IMG/VR virus record: IMGVR_UViG_3300028376_000003
Coordinates: 77,528-141,527 of that record
Strand: one strand, 5' to 3'
Source: a virus
Length of the DNA stretch: 64,000 nucleotides
In this document: positions 50,007-59,943 of the stretch, one piece after another
How the letters are laid out: each line of letters begins with the position of its first letter
Position numbering within the stretch: position 1 is the stretch's first letter
Translations under genes and position numbers: made by a program
Notes under the pieces: generated by a model
What the model was told of the DNA's origin: nothing
The model's database searches: none
The model's input: the letters and a program-made list of their open reading frames with translations, nothing else

Positions 50007-50540
50007 TTATTCTTCTAGTTTAAACATAGTCTTTTCATCTGCCGAGTACATAACTTTTTTAGATGATAGAGTAGCATTGTAATTATCAACAACATACTTT
50101 TTACCCTTACCTTTCTTCACATAAGCTATTGTGATATGTGGATTATAATCAGGGAAGTCTGTAGTATGTGGCAATATAGATAATTTTTCATTAATATCTA
50201 ACAATTCTTTAGTTTTTTTAACTTTGAATTTAACAACATCAAACTTATCATTCTCAAATAAATCAACTGACTCTAATTCTATATCAATAGAAGTATAACC
50301 TTCAAATGCCTTTTTCACGTCATCTATGCTAACTTCATCTTTATGAAGTCCAAATAGAAGTGTTAAGTGAGGCTCATCTTCCAAACCATCTTCACCTATA
50401 TCCTCTTTGTCTATAAAGCTAGTTATTTCTTCCCAGTTCTTAACATTGAAGTATAACATAGCACATCCATATTCATATATTTTTTCTTCTTTGGTTTCGT
50501 TTTTCTCATTGATGAACAATGAATAGCTTGTAATTATCAT
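50007..50540 (-). CDS. 2H phosphoesterase (Acb1-like candidate)
   Basis: Two HxT motifs (PHLTL, PHITI). Confidence 0.8.
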   Translation of the reverse strand: MIITSYSLFINEKNETKEEKIYEYGCAMLYFNVKNWEEITSFIDKEDIGEDGLEDEPHLTLLFGLHKDEVSIDDVKKAFEGYTSIDIELESVDLFENDKFDVVKFKVKKTKELLDINEKLSILPHTTDFPDYNPHITIAYVKKGKGKKYVVDNYNATLSSKKVMYSADEKTMFKLEE

Positions 50541-50605
50541 ATTTTTACTTATTTTTAATTTATATATATATTAAAATATTATATTTGTAAAAAAAAACAA
50601 CTGCT

Positions 50606-50773
50606 ATGGAAAAATTTTCAATGAAAGAACTTCTTAAAAATAAGTATGGAGAACCAGAAAAGAATAAAAAAACCGCTTCGTCTACTAAAAAGTCAACTAA
50701 GAAAAAAGTAAATGATGGTAGTAAGTATAAAACTAAAATAGTTAATGGTATTAAGTATATGGTTCTTAGGTAA
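50606..50773 (+). CDS. Small basic protein (55 aa)
   Basis: MEKFSMKELLKNKYG...; host-type promoter upstream. Confidence 0.5.
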   Translation: MEKFSMKELLKNKYGEPEKNKKTASSTKKSTKKKVNDGSKYKTKIVNGIKYMVLR

Positions 50774-51322
50774 TTACTTAATCTTAATATCTAAGTAGCT
50801 TTCATCTTCATCTGCACCTAAATCTTGTTCCATATCAAGGTCGAATCCTTTATCAACAACATGGTGCATTACTGAGTCAAATTTACTTTTGTGTATATCT
50901 AGCTTATCTAACATCTTATCCAATACTCTTACTGTTACAGATTCACCATCACTTCTCATTTTTTCTAAACGAGGAAGTATTTCAGTTGCTATTTTTTCTG
51001 TCTCGGTGTGATCTGTATTACCTCTAGAATCTTTATCATACTCAAAGCTTTCGTTAAAAGGAGACATTAAGTGTTTTAAGTTCCATGATGGTATAAACTT
51101 TTTATTCTTTTTTTCAAAATCTTCATATGACTCTAATCCATTCTCAATAGGATTTCTAATATACACAATATTAGCACCTTCCTTACTCATATCTGATATT
51201 CTATTCCCTATATCTGTCTTAGAAGATAACTTCATAACTCTTTCCAGCTGGTCTACACTTTTTTGCCTAGGTAAAGATTCATTTATTACTTCTACTTCAC
51301 TGAATTTGCTTAAATATTTCAT
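50774..51322 (-). CDS. Putative head-internal protein
   Basis: MKYLSKFSEVEVINE N-terminus; internal LKHLMSPFNE. Confidence 0.5.
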   Translation of the reverse strand: MKYLSKFSEVEVINESLPRQKSVDQLERVMKLSSKTDIGNRISDMSKEGANIVYIRNPIENGLESYEDFEKKNKKFIPSWNLKHLMSPFNESFEYDKDSRGNTDHTETEKIATEILPRLEKMRSDGESVTVRVLDKMLDKLDIHKSKFDSVMHHVVDKGFDLDMEQDLGADEDESYLDIKIK

Positions 51323-51422
51323 AGTTTATTTTACTCATTTTAAGTTTATCACTTACGTTATATATTAAATAAAAAAACCCATAATATAATTATGGGTTTT
51401 CATTAAAATAAAATATAAATCT

Positions 51423-52391
51423 CTAGAAATCTTCATCAAGGTCATCATAATCAATAGCTTTATCAGATACTTTTTGATATTCACCCACTCTTTTTTCGAA
51501 AAAGTTGGTTTTGTTTTGTAAAGAAAGCATGTCCATAAAATCAAATGGATTTTCAGAATTATAAACTTTTTCACAACCTAGTTCTAATAACCAGAAGTCT
51601 GCAACAAACTCTATATACTGCTTCATAAGGTCTGAGTTCATACCAATAAGTGCAACTGGTAAAGATTCTGATACGAATTCTTTCTCAATTTCAACAGCAT
51701 CACATAATATAGCCTTAATTCTTTCTTTTGGAACTTGGTCTATAACATGATCGTTATGTATCATAGTTGCAAATTGACAATGTAAGCCTTCATCTCTTGA
51801 TATAAGTTCATTTGAAAATGTAAGACCTGGCATTAAACCTCTTTTCTTCAACCAGAAGATAGAACAAAATGATCCAGAGAAAAATATACCCTCAACTGCT
51901 GCAAAAGCAATTAAACGCTCAGCAAATGAATCTGATTCAATCCATTGTAAAGCCCAATCTGCTTTCTTTTTCACAGAAGGCACAGTCTCTAGTGCATTAA
52001 ACAAGCGGTCTTTCTCCTCATTATCTTTGATGTAAGTATCAATTAATAGAGAGTAAGTCTCCGAGTGAATATTTTCTACCATGATTTGGAAGCCATAAAA
52101 GAATTTAGCCTCTGCATACTGAACTTCAGTTAAGAAATTTTCAGCTAAATTCTCGTTAACTATCCCGTCACTTGCCGCAAAGAAAGCCAAGACATTCTTA
52201 ACATAAAATCTTTCATCATCATTTAACTTATTTTCCCAATCGTCCATATCTTGTGATAGGTCAATTTCTTCGGCAGTCCAAAATGAATGTTCTGCTGTTT
52301 TATACATTTGCCAAATATCGTTATGTTGTAATGGAAATATTACAAATCTATTTGGATTTTCCTTTAAAATTGGTTCTTCTTGTTTGCTCAT
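51423..52391 (-). CDS. nrdB: Ribonucleotide reductase class Ia beta subunit
   Basis: [44 protein letters not shown]. Confidence 0.96.
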   Translation of the reverse strand: MSKQEEPILKENPNRFVIFPLQHNDIWQMYKTAEHSFWTAEEIDLSQDMDDWENKLNDDERFYVKNVLAFFAASDGIVNENLAENFLTEVQYAEAKFFYGFQIMVENIHSETYSLLIDTYIKDNEEKDRLFNALETVPSVKKKADWALQWIESDSFAERLIAFAAVEGIFFSGSFCSIFWLKKRGLMPGLTFSNELISRDEGLHCQFATMIHNDHVIDQVPKERIKAILCDAVEIEKEFVSESLPVALIGMNSDLMKQYIEFVADFWLLELGCEKVYNSENPFDFMDMLSLQNKTNFFEKRVGEYQKVSDKAIDYDDLDEDF

Positions 52392-52494
52392 ATAATTAAA
52401 TTTTGTTTACTATATATATCATTATAACTCTACTATGTTTAGTTATTTCTAGATATTTTTTGATAGGTTTAACTTATATTAATATAAGACTTGT

Positions 52495-54234
52495 TTATCT
52501 ATATATTTTTTCAAACTTTATCTGTCCACAATCAAATATTTTATAAGAACCAAGGTTATCTTCCATTATTTTGGATTCTGATAAATTTTTATCATAACCC
52601 ATCTTAATAAGCTTTTTCTTAGTCCACTTTTGTTTATTTGATCTATTTTTATTAACTATATATGAATAATTGGGATATGTGATATTTTTAATATAAAATC
52701 CTAGATTAGTATACAAATTACCAGTTGACCATGATTTATCTGCAAATGATATGACACGAGTTGGTTTATATGTTTTATTAAAATATGATATTAATTTACT
52801 AGCACCTCCTATAACACTAGTATTTATTTTATTACAAAACCTTGACAAATTCCATTCAGAGTCTAACATCTTCTTACGTCCTTCAAAATGGTCAAATGTC
52901 ATCAAGGACACCAATTCATCATTGTAATATAGTCCTATTTTTAAAGATGCAGATACATATCCCTGTATATGGTTATTATTTAAGAAGTTTCTATATTCAC
53001 TAACATCATCTATTTCTTTTATAACACATTTTCTACCATATATTTTATTATCCGTTAATCCAATCCAATTTTTTATCTGACTTTCTAAGATATCCCTTCT
53101 ATCTGACCAATCATCTTCCCAAATATGTATAATTCTTATATCCCTTTTGTTAAAATGCTTGGTTTTGTCTAGGTGATAGTTTTTATCTTTGAATAATTCA
53201 CTATGCCAGTATAATCCATTAAACTCAAATCCAATTTTTAATTCAGGTAAATATATGTCTATTTCTAGACCATCTCTATAGGATTGTATAATTTGTCCAT
53301 TATATATGCTCTTTATAAAGTTATACAATTCTAATTCCTTAAACGAAGTACTCATAACTGGGAAACATGTAGTGCATTGCTTATTATTTAGTCTATTCCT
53401 AAAATGGTATAAACTAGAATTGGTAATAAATGTGTGGTTTTCTTTGTTATCACAATACATCTCATGTTTTCCCAAACCTAAGTAATTCATATAATTCGTA
53501 CTAGTATTTAAGTTAGTTCTAATATCACAACCTCTATATTTCTCAAACATTAATTCTTTATACATTTTAGTTTTTGTATAATTATTAACACCCCATCTAT
53601 TTATATTGTCTTTTTTAAGTTTATCAATCACTTTTCCCAACTTCATATGATGTGTGACACCATATTTTACCATATTTTGCTTCTTTATTATATTTTTAAT
53701 TTCCTCTGACTCAAAAGGATTATCAACACCAAAGTTATGTTTAGTTGTTATTTTTTTCTTTGCCTTTATTTCATCTATTTGTGATACGTTATCAACTCCA
53801 TATCTTTCATTATTTGTCTTTTTCACTTTTTCATTCACTTTATCGTAATCTATCATAGATTTACTTTTTTTGATTTTATCTCTGACCACTTCACTTTTAG
53901 ATGGATTATCAACACCCCATTTATCTATGCTATTTTTTTTAAAAGATAATATTTTAGTACTAATTAAGGCTAAATTATTATTAGAACATTTATAAGAACA
54001 AAATTCCCTATATCCCCTTTTTATTGATAAAAATTTTACATTACCATCACATGATTTACACTTAGCTTTTTCATTTTCTATTAAGTATACCTTTTCTGTA
54101 AATGATATTCCAATTAAATTATTTGTAAATTCATAAAAATTGGGCAAATTCTTTTTAACCCAAGACTCTTTTACTGAGTGTTGACTTACCTTTTCTATAA
54201 ATGTATTATATTCTTCTCTTGTTTTATTATCCAT
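52495..54234 (-). CDS. Homing-endonuclease-like protein with (Y/W)GVDN repeats
   Basis: Repeated WGVDNP/YGVDNV; EIDIYLPELKIGFEFNGLYWH nuclease motif; conserved C-terminal domain. Confidence 0.75.
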   Translation of the reverse strand: MDNKTREEYNTFIEKVSQHSVKESWVKKNLPNFYEFTNNLIGISFTEKVYLIENEKAKCKSCDGNVKFLSIKRGYREFCSYKCSNNNLALISTKILSFKKNSIDKWGVDNPSKSEVVRDKIKKSKSMIDYDKVNEKVKKTNNERYGVDNVSQIDEIKAKKKITTKHNFGVDNPFESEEIKNIIKKQNMVKYGVTHHMKLGKVIDKLKKDNINRWGVNNYTKTKMYKELMFEKYRGCDIRTNLNTSTNYMNYLGLGKHEMYCDNKENHTFITNSSLYHFRNRLNNKQCTTCFPVMSTSFKELELYNFIKSIYNGQIIQSYRDGLEIDIYLPELKIGFEFNGLYWHSELFKDKNYHLDKTKHFNKRDIRIIHIWEDDWSDRRDILESQIKNWIGLTDNKIYGRKCVIKEIDDVSEYRNFLNNNHIQGYVSASLKIGLYYNDELVSLMTFDHFEGRKKMLDSEWNLSRFCNKINTSVIGGASKLISYFNKTYKPTRVISFADKSWSTGNLYTNLGFYIKNITYPNYSYIVNKNRSNKQKWTKKKLIKMGYDKNLSESKIMEDNLGSYKIFDCGQIKFEKIYR

Positions 54235-54357
54235 TTTCTATATATAATCTAAACCATCGCTCCTTGCAAAAAACACTAAAAATATATTTTTTATAATGAT
54301 TATGTTGTCAATATATAATTATTTAGTATATTTGTTTTAAATTAATAAATAAATAAA

Positions 54358-54708
54358 ATGAAATTCATATACAATAGTGTATTTTACATTTGTAATAAGA
54401 TTGTTAGTAACATAAGACCTAATAGCTGGCAAAGTTGGGAATCAGTCAGAATGACATGCACCATTCCAAAAAAAGTGTATTTAGATATTAAAGGAACTAG
54501 TGGCGATATTGAATTTATAATATATGATGATAATAGTCCTAAAGTGTCTTATGTATTATACAATTCTACTATAGAAAGAATGACAATTTCATCGGCTTTC
54601 AAAAACGGTGATGTTAGAGTTACATTTATATTGTCAGTTACTGATTCACAAGCTATAGAAAATAAATCATTTATAAGAAATTTAAAGTTAAAGCAAGTAT
54701 ATCTTTAA
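54358..54708 (+). CDS. Hypothetical protein
   Basis: C-terminal RNLKLKQV tag. Confidence 0.55.
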   Translation: MKFIYNSVFYICNKIVSNIRPNSWQSWESVRMTCTIPKKVYLDIKGTSGDIEFIIYDDNSPKVSYVLYNSTIERMTISSAFKNGDVRVTFILSVTDSQAIENKSFIRNLKLKQVYL

Positions 54709-54712
54709 AAAT

Positions 54713-54799
54713 AAAAGCCAGAAGTAGCGAATTTCTGGCTTTTTATAGTTGTTATAACTACACCGATCCTAAAGTAAGGGCATTCGCCCCTCGGTGTTA
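54713..54799 (-). ncRNA. Candidate structured small RNA complementary to 23S rRNA H69-H70
   Basis: GC-rich intergenic island with ACACCGA/TCGGTGT stem, terminal hairpin AAAAGCCAGAA/TTCTGGCTTTT and late motif upstream. Confidence 0.55.
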
Positions 54800-54892
54800 A
54801 AAGTATATATTATTATTCAAAGCCTCCTTTTATTAAACTTTTTAGAACATTGAGCATAAAACAATAAATAATAAATAATAAAAATCATTAAA

Positions 54893-55201
54893 ATGACAAA
54901 ACACGAAGTAAAAGTAGAAATCACAGAGAAAGACTCTATCTTGAGTATGATTAACAAAGCCTATCCCAAAAGTATGAAGGGTAGGATAAATGGTAATGAG
55001 AACTTTATGGAAATATATAGCACTAGTGATAGTTTTTCTGTATTCAAAGGTCTTAATGGCTCAACTGCTAAGATAAGTAATCAAGAGATTATAGATGGAA
55101 CTATTAGAGTTATGGTAAAGGAAGAGAAAGGAATTGTCAAACTATACCCCATTTCTATTTATTGTATAGATGATGAACAAGGTAGATATATCTTTTACTA
55201 A
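54893..55201 (+). CDS. Hypothetical protein
   Basis: AACTT-N15-CATAA upstream. Confidence 0.55.
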   Translation: MTKHEVKVEITEKDSILSMINKAYPKSMKGRINGNENFMEIYSTSDSFSVFKGLNGSTAKISNQEIIDGTIRVMVKEEKGIVKLYPISIYCIDDEQGRYIFY

Positions 55202-55202
55202 T

Positions 55203-56231
55203 ATGAGAGATATAAAACTAGATTGGAATGACATATCATTAGTACCACAGGCTATAAGTAGCATATCTTCAAGAAATGAAGTCACTATAACAGACTTATG
55301 TAATATGCTTCCTCTATTTACTGCACCAATGGATACAGTTATTGATGGGAATAATTCTAAAACATTTCACGATAAGGATATAAACGTTTGTCTACCTAGA
55401 AATGTTAAGTTCAAGAAAGGCAGTGAACAGAAGTATTTCTATTCATATGGACTTGATGATATTATAGAGAAAGTAAATAATGATTTGTTATTACCAAATA
55501 GGATACTAATAGATGTTGCTAATGGTCATATGGAAAAACTTATAAATATATCAAAAAAGATAAAAGATAAGTATGGCAATGATAAGGAACTTATGGTTGG
55601 TAATATAGCCAACCCAGAAACATATAAAACTTATTGTGCTATTGGTGTTGATTATATAAGAGTTGGTATAGGTGGTGGAAGTTCTTGTACAACATCTGCC
55701 AATGTATCTATCCATTACCCAATGGCATCGCTTATATCAGAGTGTTATGATATAGGATTGTTGTATGCTAAGCCAACAAAAATAATAGCAGACGGTGGCT
55801 TTAGAAGCTTTTCAGATGTTATAAAAGCCATTGCAGTTGGTGCTGATTATGTTATGCTTGGTGGTATTTTTAATAAATGTATGGAAAGTTGTAGCACTAG
55901 TTATACTAAGCTTAGTGATAATACTTATGTAGAAAAGGATTATATGACTGCTAGGACATTATTTGAAAGTGGTGATAATGTATATAAATACTATAGAGGT
56001 ATGTCAACAAAAGAAGTACAGAAAGCCTGGAATAAAAAAGATTTAAAAACAGGTGAAGGTATAACCAAATATAACTTGGTCGAATATACTTTGGACGGAT
56101 GGGTAGAAAACTTTAGCGATTATTTAAAATCCGCTATGTCATATACTGGATGTAGAACACTAGAAGATTTTATAGGCGGACCAGAGATTATTCAAATATC
56201 ACAAATGTCTTTTAATAGATTCCATAAATAA
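55203..56231 (+). CDS. GMP reductase / IMPDH-family enzyme
   Basis: APMDTV, IDVANGH, VGIGGGSSCTT, IIADGG, YRGMST, SAMSYTG. Confidence 0.88.
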   Translation: MRDIKLDWNDISLVPQAISSISSRNEVTITDLCNMLPLFTAPMDTVIDGNNSKTFHDKDINVCLPRNVKFKKGSEQKYFYSYGLDDIIEKVNNDLLLPNRILIDVANGHMEKLINISKKIKDKYGNDKELMVGNIANPETYKTYCAIGVDYIRVGIGGGSSCTTSANVSIHYPMASLISECYDIGLLYAKPTKIIADGGFRSFSDVIKAIAVGADYVMLGGIFNKCMESCSTSYTKLSDNTYVEKDYMTARTLFESGDNVYKYYRGMSTKEVQKAWNKKDLKTGEGITKYNLVEYTLDGWVENFSDYLKSAMSYTGCRTLEDFIGGPEIIQISQMSFNRFHK

Positions 56232-57385
56232 AGAGCAAGAAATCTTGTTGTCTAAACATTTTGGGTGTTCAAGATTCATATATAACCATTTTCTTAATGA
56301 GCGTAAAGAACAATATCAAAAAGATAAGAAATCAGATAACTATTATGTTCAAGCAAAATCTTTAACAGAATTAAAGAAAGATGAAGATTATAAATGGTTA
56401 AAAGAAGTTAATAGCCAGACTATACAATTTGCTTTAAGGTGTTTAGATACTTCTTATGTTAATTTTTTTCGTGGTAATGCTCAGTTTCCTAATTTTAAAT
56501 CAAGAAAAAACAAAAACACATTCACTATTCCTCAGTTTGGTAGATTAGAAGAAAATAAAATAATTATACCTAAATTTAAAGGTGGTATTAAAGTTAAATT
56601 AGATAGGAGAAAAATTAAAGGCAAAATTGGTAAAATGAGCATTACTAAAACACCAACAGGTAAATATTATGTTTCTATTTTCACCGAACAAGAAATCGAA
56701 CAATTACCTAAAACTGGTAAAAAAGTGGGTATTGATTTAGGTATCAAAGATTTTGTGATTACCTCAGATAATAAAAAATATAAAAATAATAAATATACTA
56801 AAAAGTATGCTAGAGAATTAAAGAAAGTACAACAGCATTTATCTCGTAAACAAAAAGGTAGTAATGGGTTTGAAAAACAAAGACTCAAAGTTGCTAAAAT
56901 TCACGAAAAGATAGCAAGTTGTAGATTGGATACCTTACACAAAGTTAGTAGAGAACTTGTCGAATCTTATGATTTAATAAGTGTTGAAGATTTGAATGTA
57001 AAGGGTATGATTAAAAATCATAAGTTATCTAAACATATTGCTGATGTAAGTTGGGGTAATTTTGTTACATTACTTCAATATAAGTGTAATTGGTATGGAA
57101 AAGAACTTGTTAAAATAGGTAGATTTTTTCCATCATCAAAAACTTGTAATAGTTGTGGTTGGATAAATCAAGGATTAAAACTTTCAGACAGAGAATGGAC
57201 TTGCTCACCTTGTGGTGAAACTCATGATAGGGACATAAATGCAAGTAAAAACATTCTAAAAGAAGGTTTAAAAATATTTGGGCAGGGACTGTCCAATACA
57301 AAGGTGGAGAGTAAATCAGACTTCTGTGAAGAAGCACACTCTGTGAAACCCGAAACACATTAGTCTTTAGCTAATGGGTAGTTCA
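56227..57385 (+). mobile_element. tnpB: IS200/IS605-family element: tnpB plus right end, left end deleted
   Basis: GIDLG, VEDL, DRDINA RuvC motifs; CxxC zinc finger; right-end hairpin ending GGGTAGTTCA. Confidence 0.9.
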
Positions 57386-57725
57386 TTTTATACATTATGA
57401 AAGTTTTAAAACCAGCCTTAGTAGTTTTGTCTGTTTTAGACAAACAATCTATTTTATCAGCTATTCTTTCTTCATCACCACCTTTCTCTATCCACACAGC
57501 ATCTATTAACATGTTATCAGATAATATCTTACTTATATCAATGTAAGATTCTCCTTCCAATGTATTAGCATAAAACTGTGTTTTTAATGGACTATCCGCA
57601 ATTTTGTGTATAGTTAATGTTTCATCATCAAATTCAATTGTCTCTATATAAGTTTCGTCCACTTCAGCACTTTCTTTTATAAACATTGCCATTGTTTTTA
57701 TAAATCTTTTGTTTCTTTTTTCCAT
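57360..57725 (-). CDS. Hypothetical protein whose C-terminus derives from the IS right end
   Basis: Last residues NYPLAKD are antisense to the IS end. Confidence 0.6.
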   Translation of the reverse strand: MEKRNKRFIKTMAMFIKESAEVDETYIETIEFDDETLTIHKIADSPLKTQFYANTLEGESYIDISKILSDNMLIDAVWIEKGGDEERIADKIDCLSKTDKTTKAGFKTFIMYKMNYPLAKD

Positions 57726-57727
57726 AA

Positions 57728-58168
57728 TTATATTGAGTATTTTTTGAGTATTTTTTTTATATCATTAAATGATTTTGTAGTTAGTTTAGCTCTTTTGACA
57801 TCCATGTAATCAATTTCACCATCCTCATAATCAAATTCTAACCAAGTAAGTGTCCCAGCTTCAATCTTCACAAAGCATTTAGTTTTCTCTTTCTTATCAG
57901 TCATATCATATGTGACCGAAAAATTAAATCTAACTTGCTCTGGTATACTTCCTTCGTAACTATTATCCCTATTAGGATCTTTACTATCTAAACGATAGTC
58001 CATAAATACCTTATTAGATCCTGGTACAAATGCAACTCTTTTATATGTTGCTTTAGGATTACTAAAAGTTAGAGTTTTGGGAAAATCCGACTCTTTGAAT
58101 TTTTTATAATATTCTAATGAATAGTTTAATTCAGGTGTATAATTTTCGAATTTTTTAATATGATTCAT
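57728..58168 (-). CDS. Putative head-internal protein
   Basis: MNHIKKFENY N-terminus; late motif upstream. Confidence 0.5.
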   Translation of the reverse strand: MNHIKKFENYTPELNYSLEYYKKFKESDFPKTLTFSNPKATYKRVAFVPGSNKVFMDYRLDSKDPNRDNSYEGSIPEQVRFNFSVTYDMTDKKEKTKCFVKIEAGTLTWLEFDYEDGEIDYMDVKRAKLTTKSFNDIKKILKKYSI

Positions 58169-58196
58169 AAAGTATATATTAAGTTACAAATATTGC

Positions 58197-59021
58197 TTAT
58201 CTTATCAAATCTAAATCAATCTTAATGAACTCATCTTTATATCTCCATATGAATCCCATTGCTGTCTTTGACAAACCCCTACACACATTTGCTATATTGC
58301 CTTTATTATAACCTAGTTCTCTATTTACTTGAGCTGGGGAATCCCATTCTTTTAAAAAGTTACCATCTAAACTATATTGATACACAATTTTCTTTGAGTT
58401 ACTAAGTTGTTTTTTCCAAACTTCTTTTTCTTTTTTAATATTATGGTCTTGTAAAGACTGCCATATTTTCTTTCCACTAAAACCTAATTCCTTAGAAATA
58501 CTTGGTATAGATAGATTATCCGTTATATATAATTTGTATAGTAAGTCTTTATCAATTACTTTTTTAATATTATTACCACTCCTATTATAGTTTGGCCTAT
58601 CTATGTATATGTCTTTCACAGACTTTGAAATTTCTTCTTTATGTGAATTTGTCAAAGTACATCCTAGTTTGGATTTTCTCATTTTTAGCTTACTATCTTT
58701 ATTATGTTTATAACCATTGAGTCCTATGCCACCACTAGTTAAGTTTGTTAGGTTAAATCCCCAGCATCTTAGTTGTGTTATCCAGTAAGTTTCCCAAAAC
58801 TCCCAATCCTCACTAGAAACCTCATCAATAACTTCTATAGTAGGTTTTTTATCTTTTTCAAGTAGAGATCTAATCCAATTAGCTTTGTGAGATTTTGATC
58901 CTAGCTTAGAAGTTGTTATATGTGCATTTAGCCTTTTATTTACCTTTAATTGGGTTTTGCCAACATACCTTATCTGATTAGTTATTGGATCTACTAGTGT
59001 ATATATGCATATTGTTTTCAT
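58197..59021 (-). CDS. GIY-YIG homing endonuclease with NUMOD domains
   Basis: CIY...RYVG.T...R; NUMOD3-like and C-terminal NUMOD1-like (VYQYSLDG...TAMGFIWRY). Confidence 0.85.
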   Translation of the reverse strand: MKTICIYTLVDPITNQIRYVGKTQLKVNKRLNAHITTSKLGSKSHKANWIRSLLEKDKKPTIEVIDEVSSEDWEFWETYWITQLRCWGFNLTNLTSGGIGLNGYKHNKDSKLKMRKSKLGCTLTNSHKEEISKSVKDIYIDRPNYNRSGNNIKKVIDKDLLYKLYITDNLSIPSISKELGFSGKKIWQSLQDHNIKKEKEVWKKQLSNSKKIVYQYSLDGNFLKEWDSPAQVNRELGYNKGNIANVCRGLSKTAMGFIWRYKDEFIKIDLDLIR

Positions 59022-59070
59022 ATATTATATATGAGAAAAATATGGATACCATAGATGGTGAACAAAGATT

Positions 59071-59856
59071 TTATTTTTTAACCATGAAGAAGAATGATGA
59101 ATTAGACATTTCGCCTATATAATCCGTAACCTCCTTAGTTTCCTCCTTTCCCTGTGATACCAAGTCAGCTCCATTTATCTTAACAGCACCAGGCAATGAG
59201 AAGTCATACCTACCAACCATGTTGCCTAGTTGTTGTTTAGCATACCCTGCTACATATTTAAAGAAAAGGTCATCGTTAAATAAATTCTCTTTAGGAATAT
59301 CGGCATAGGCTTCCATAATCACGTTGTGCTTAATATTAGTCAATATGTGTAATCTGTGGTTTAATTGGTTGTATTGGTGCTTTAATGTATACTTATTCAT
59401 CTGGTTAAGCATATCAGACATACTATCTAGTACTGTTTTATACACCCCAAGCTCACCGATTGTGGTTACGTAGGAAGATAGGTAGGGTTGATTTGTAACA
59501 CCTAAATTAACCGACATATTAGGAGTATTAATACCCAACTGAAACAATGAATCCCCTCTAACTTCATATAAGTAAGTTACAGACTGTATTTCACAAGGAA
59601 CTGTCACATAGTTATACTTAGTAAATTCATCTGTCTGAAAGGCTTCCTTTCTTATTAAAAAGTACATTTTCTGAACTGCATACATATAAGACCTATAGAA
59701 ATATGGCAATGCTCTTTTTTCTATTGTAAGCCTTATTGCCTCATCTGGTAATGTCTTAGGTAAAGAACATGCTATTGTTAATTCTGTTTGTATAGAATCT
59801 ATAAACTCTTCTATTGTTTGACCACCTTGAAATGGTTTGTAATCTTCTCCTTCCAT
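59071..59856 (-). CDS. T4 gp13-like neck / head-tail adaptor
   Basis: AKQQLG...LPGAVKING..L...GKEE motif. Confidence 0.75.
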   Translation of the reverse strand: MEGEDYKPFQGGQTIEEFIDSIQTELTIACSLPKTLPDEAIRLTIEKRALPYFYRSYMYAVQKMYFLIRKEAFQTDEFTKYNYVTVPCEIQSVTYLYEVRGDSLFQLGINTPNMSVNLGVTNQPYLSSYVTTIGELGVYKTVLDSMSDMLNQMNKYTLKHQYNQLNHRLHILTNIKHNVIMEAYADIPKENLFNDDLFFKYVAGYAKQQLGNMVGRYDFSLPGAVKINGADLVSQGKEETKEVTDYIGEMSNSSFFFMVKK

Positions 59857-59943
59857 AAATAAATAGTATTTTACTTATATATTATTTTCTGATATTAAGA
59901 AAGTGGCTATATTTGATATATACTAAAACATATATGCTTACTC

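Noticed and set aside
54720-54780. rRNA gene fragment or contamination
   Set aside because: Only two short blocks in permuted order inside a self-contained hairpin unit; not colinear rRNA.
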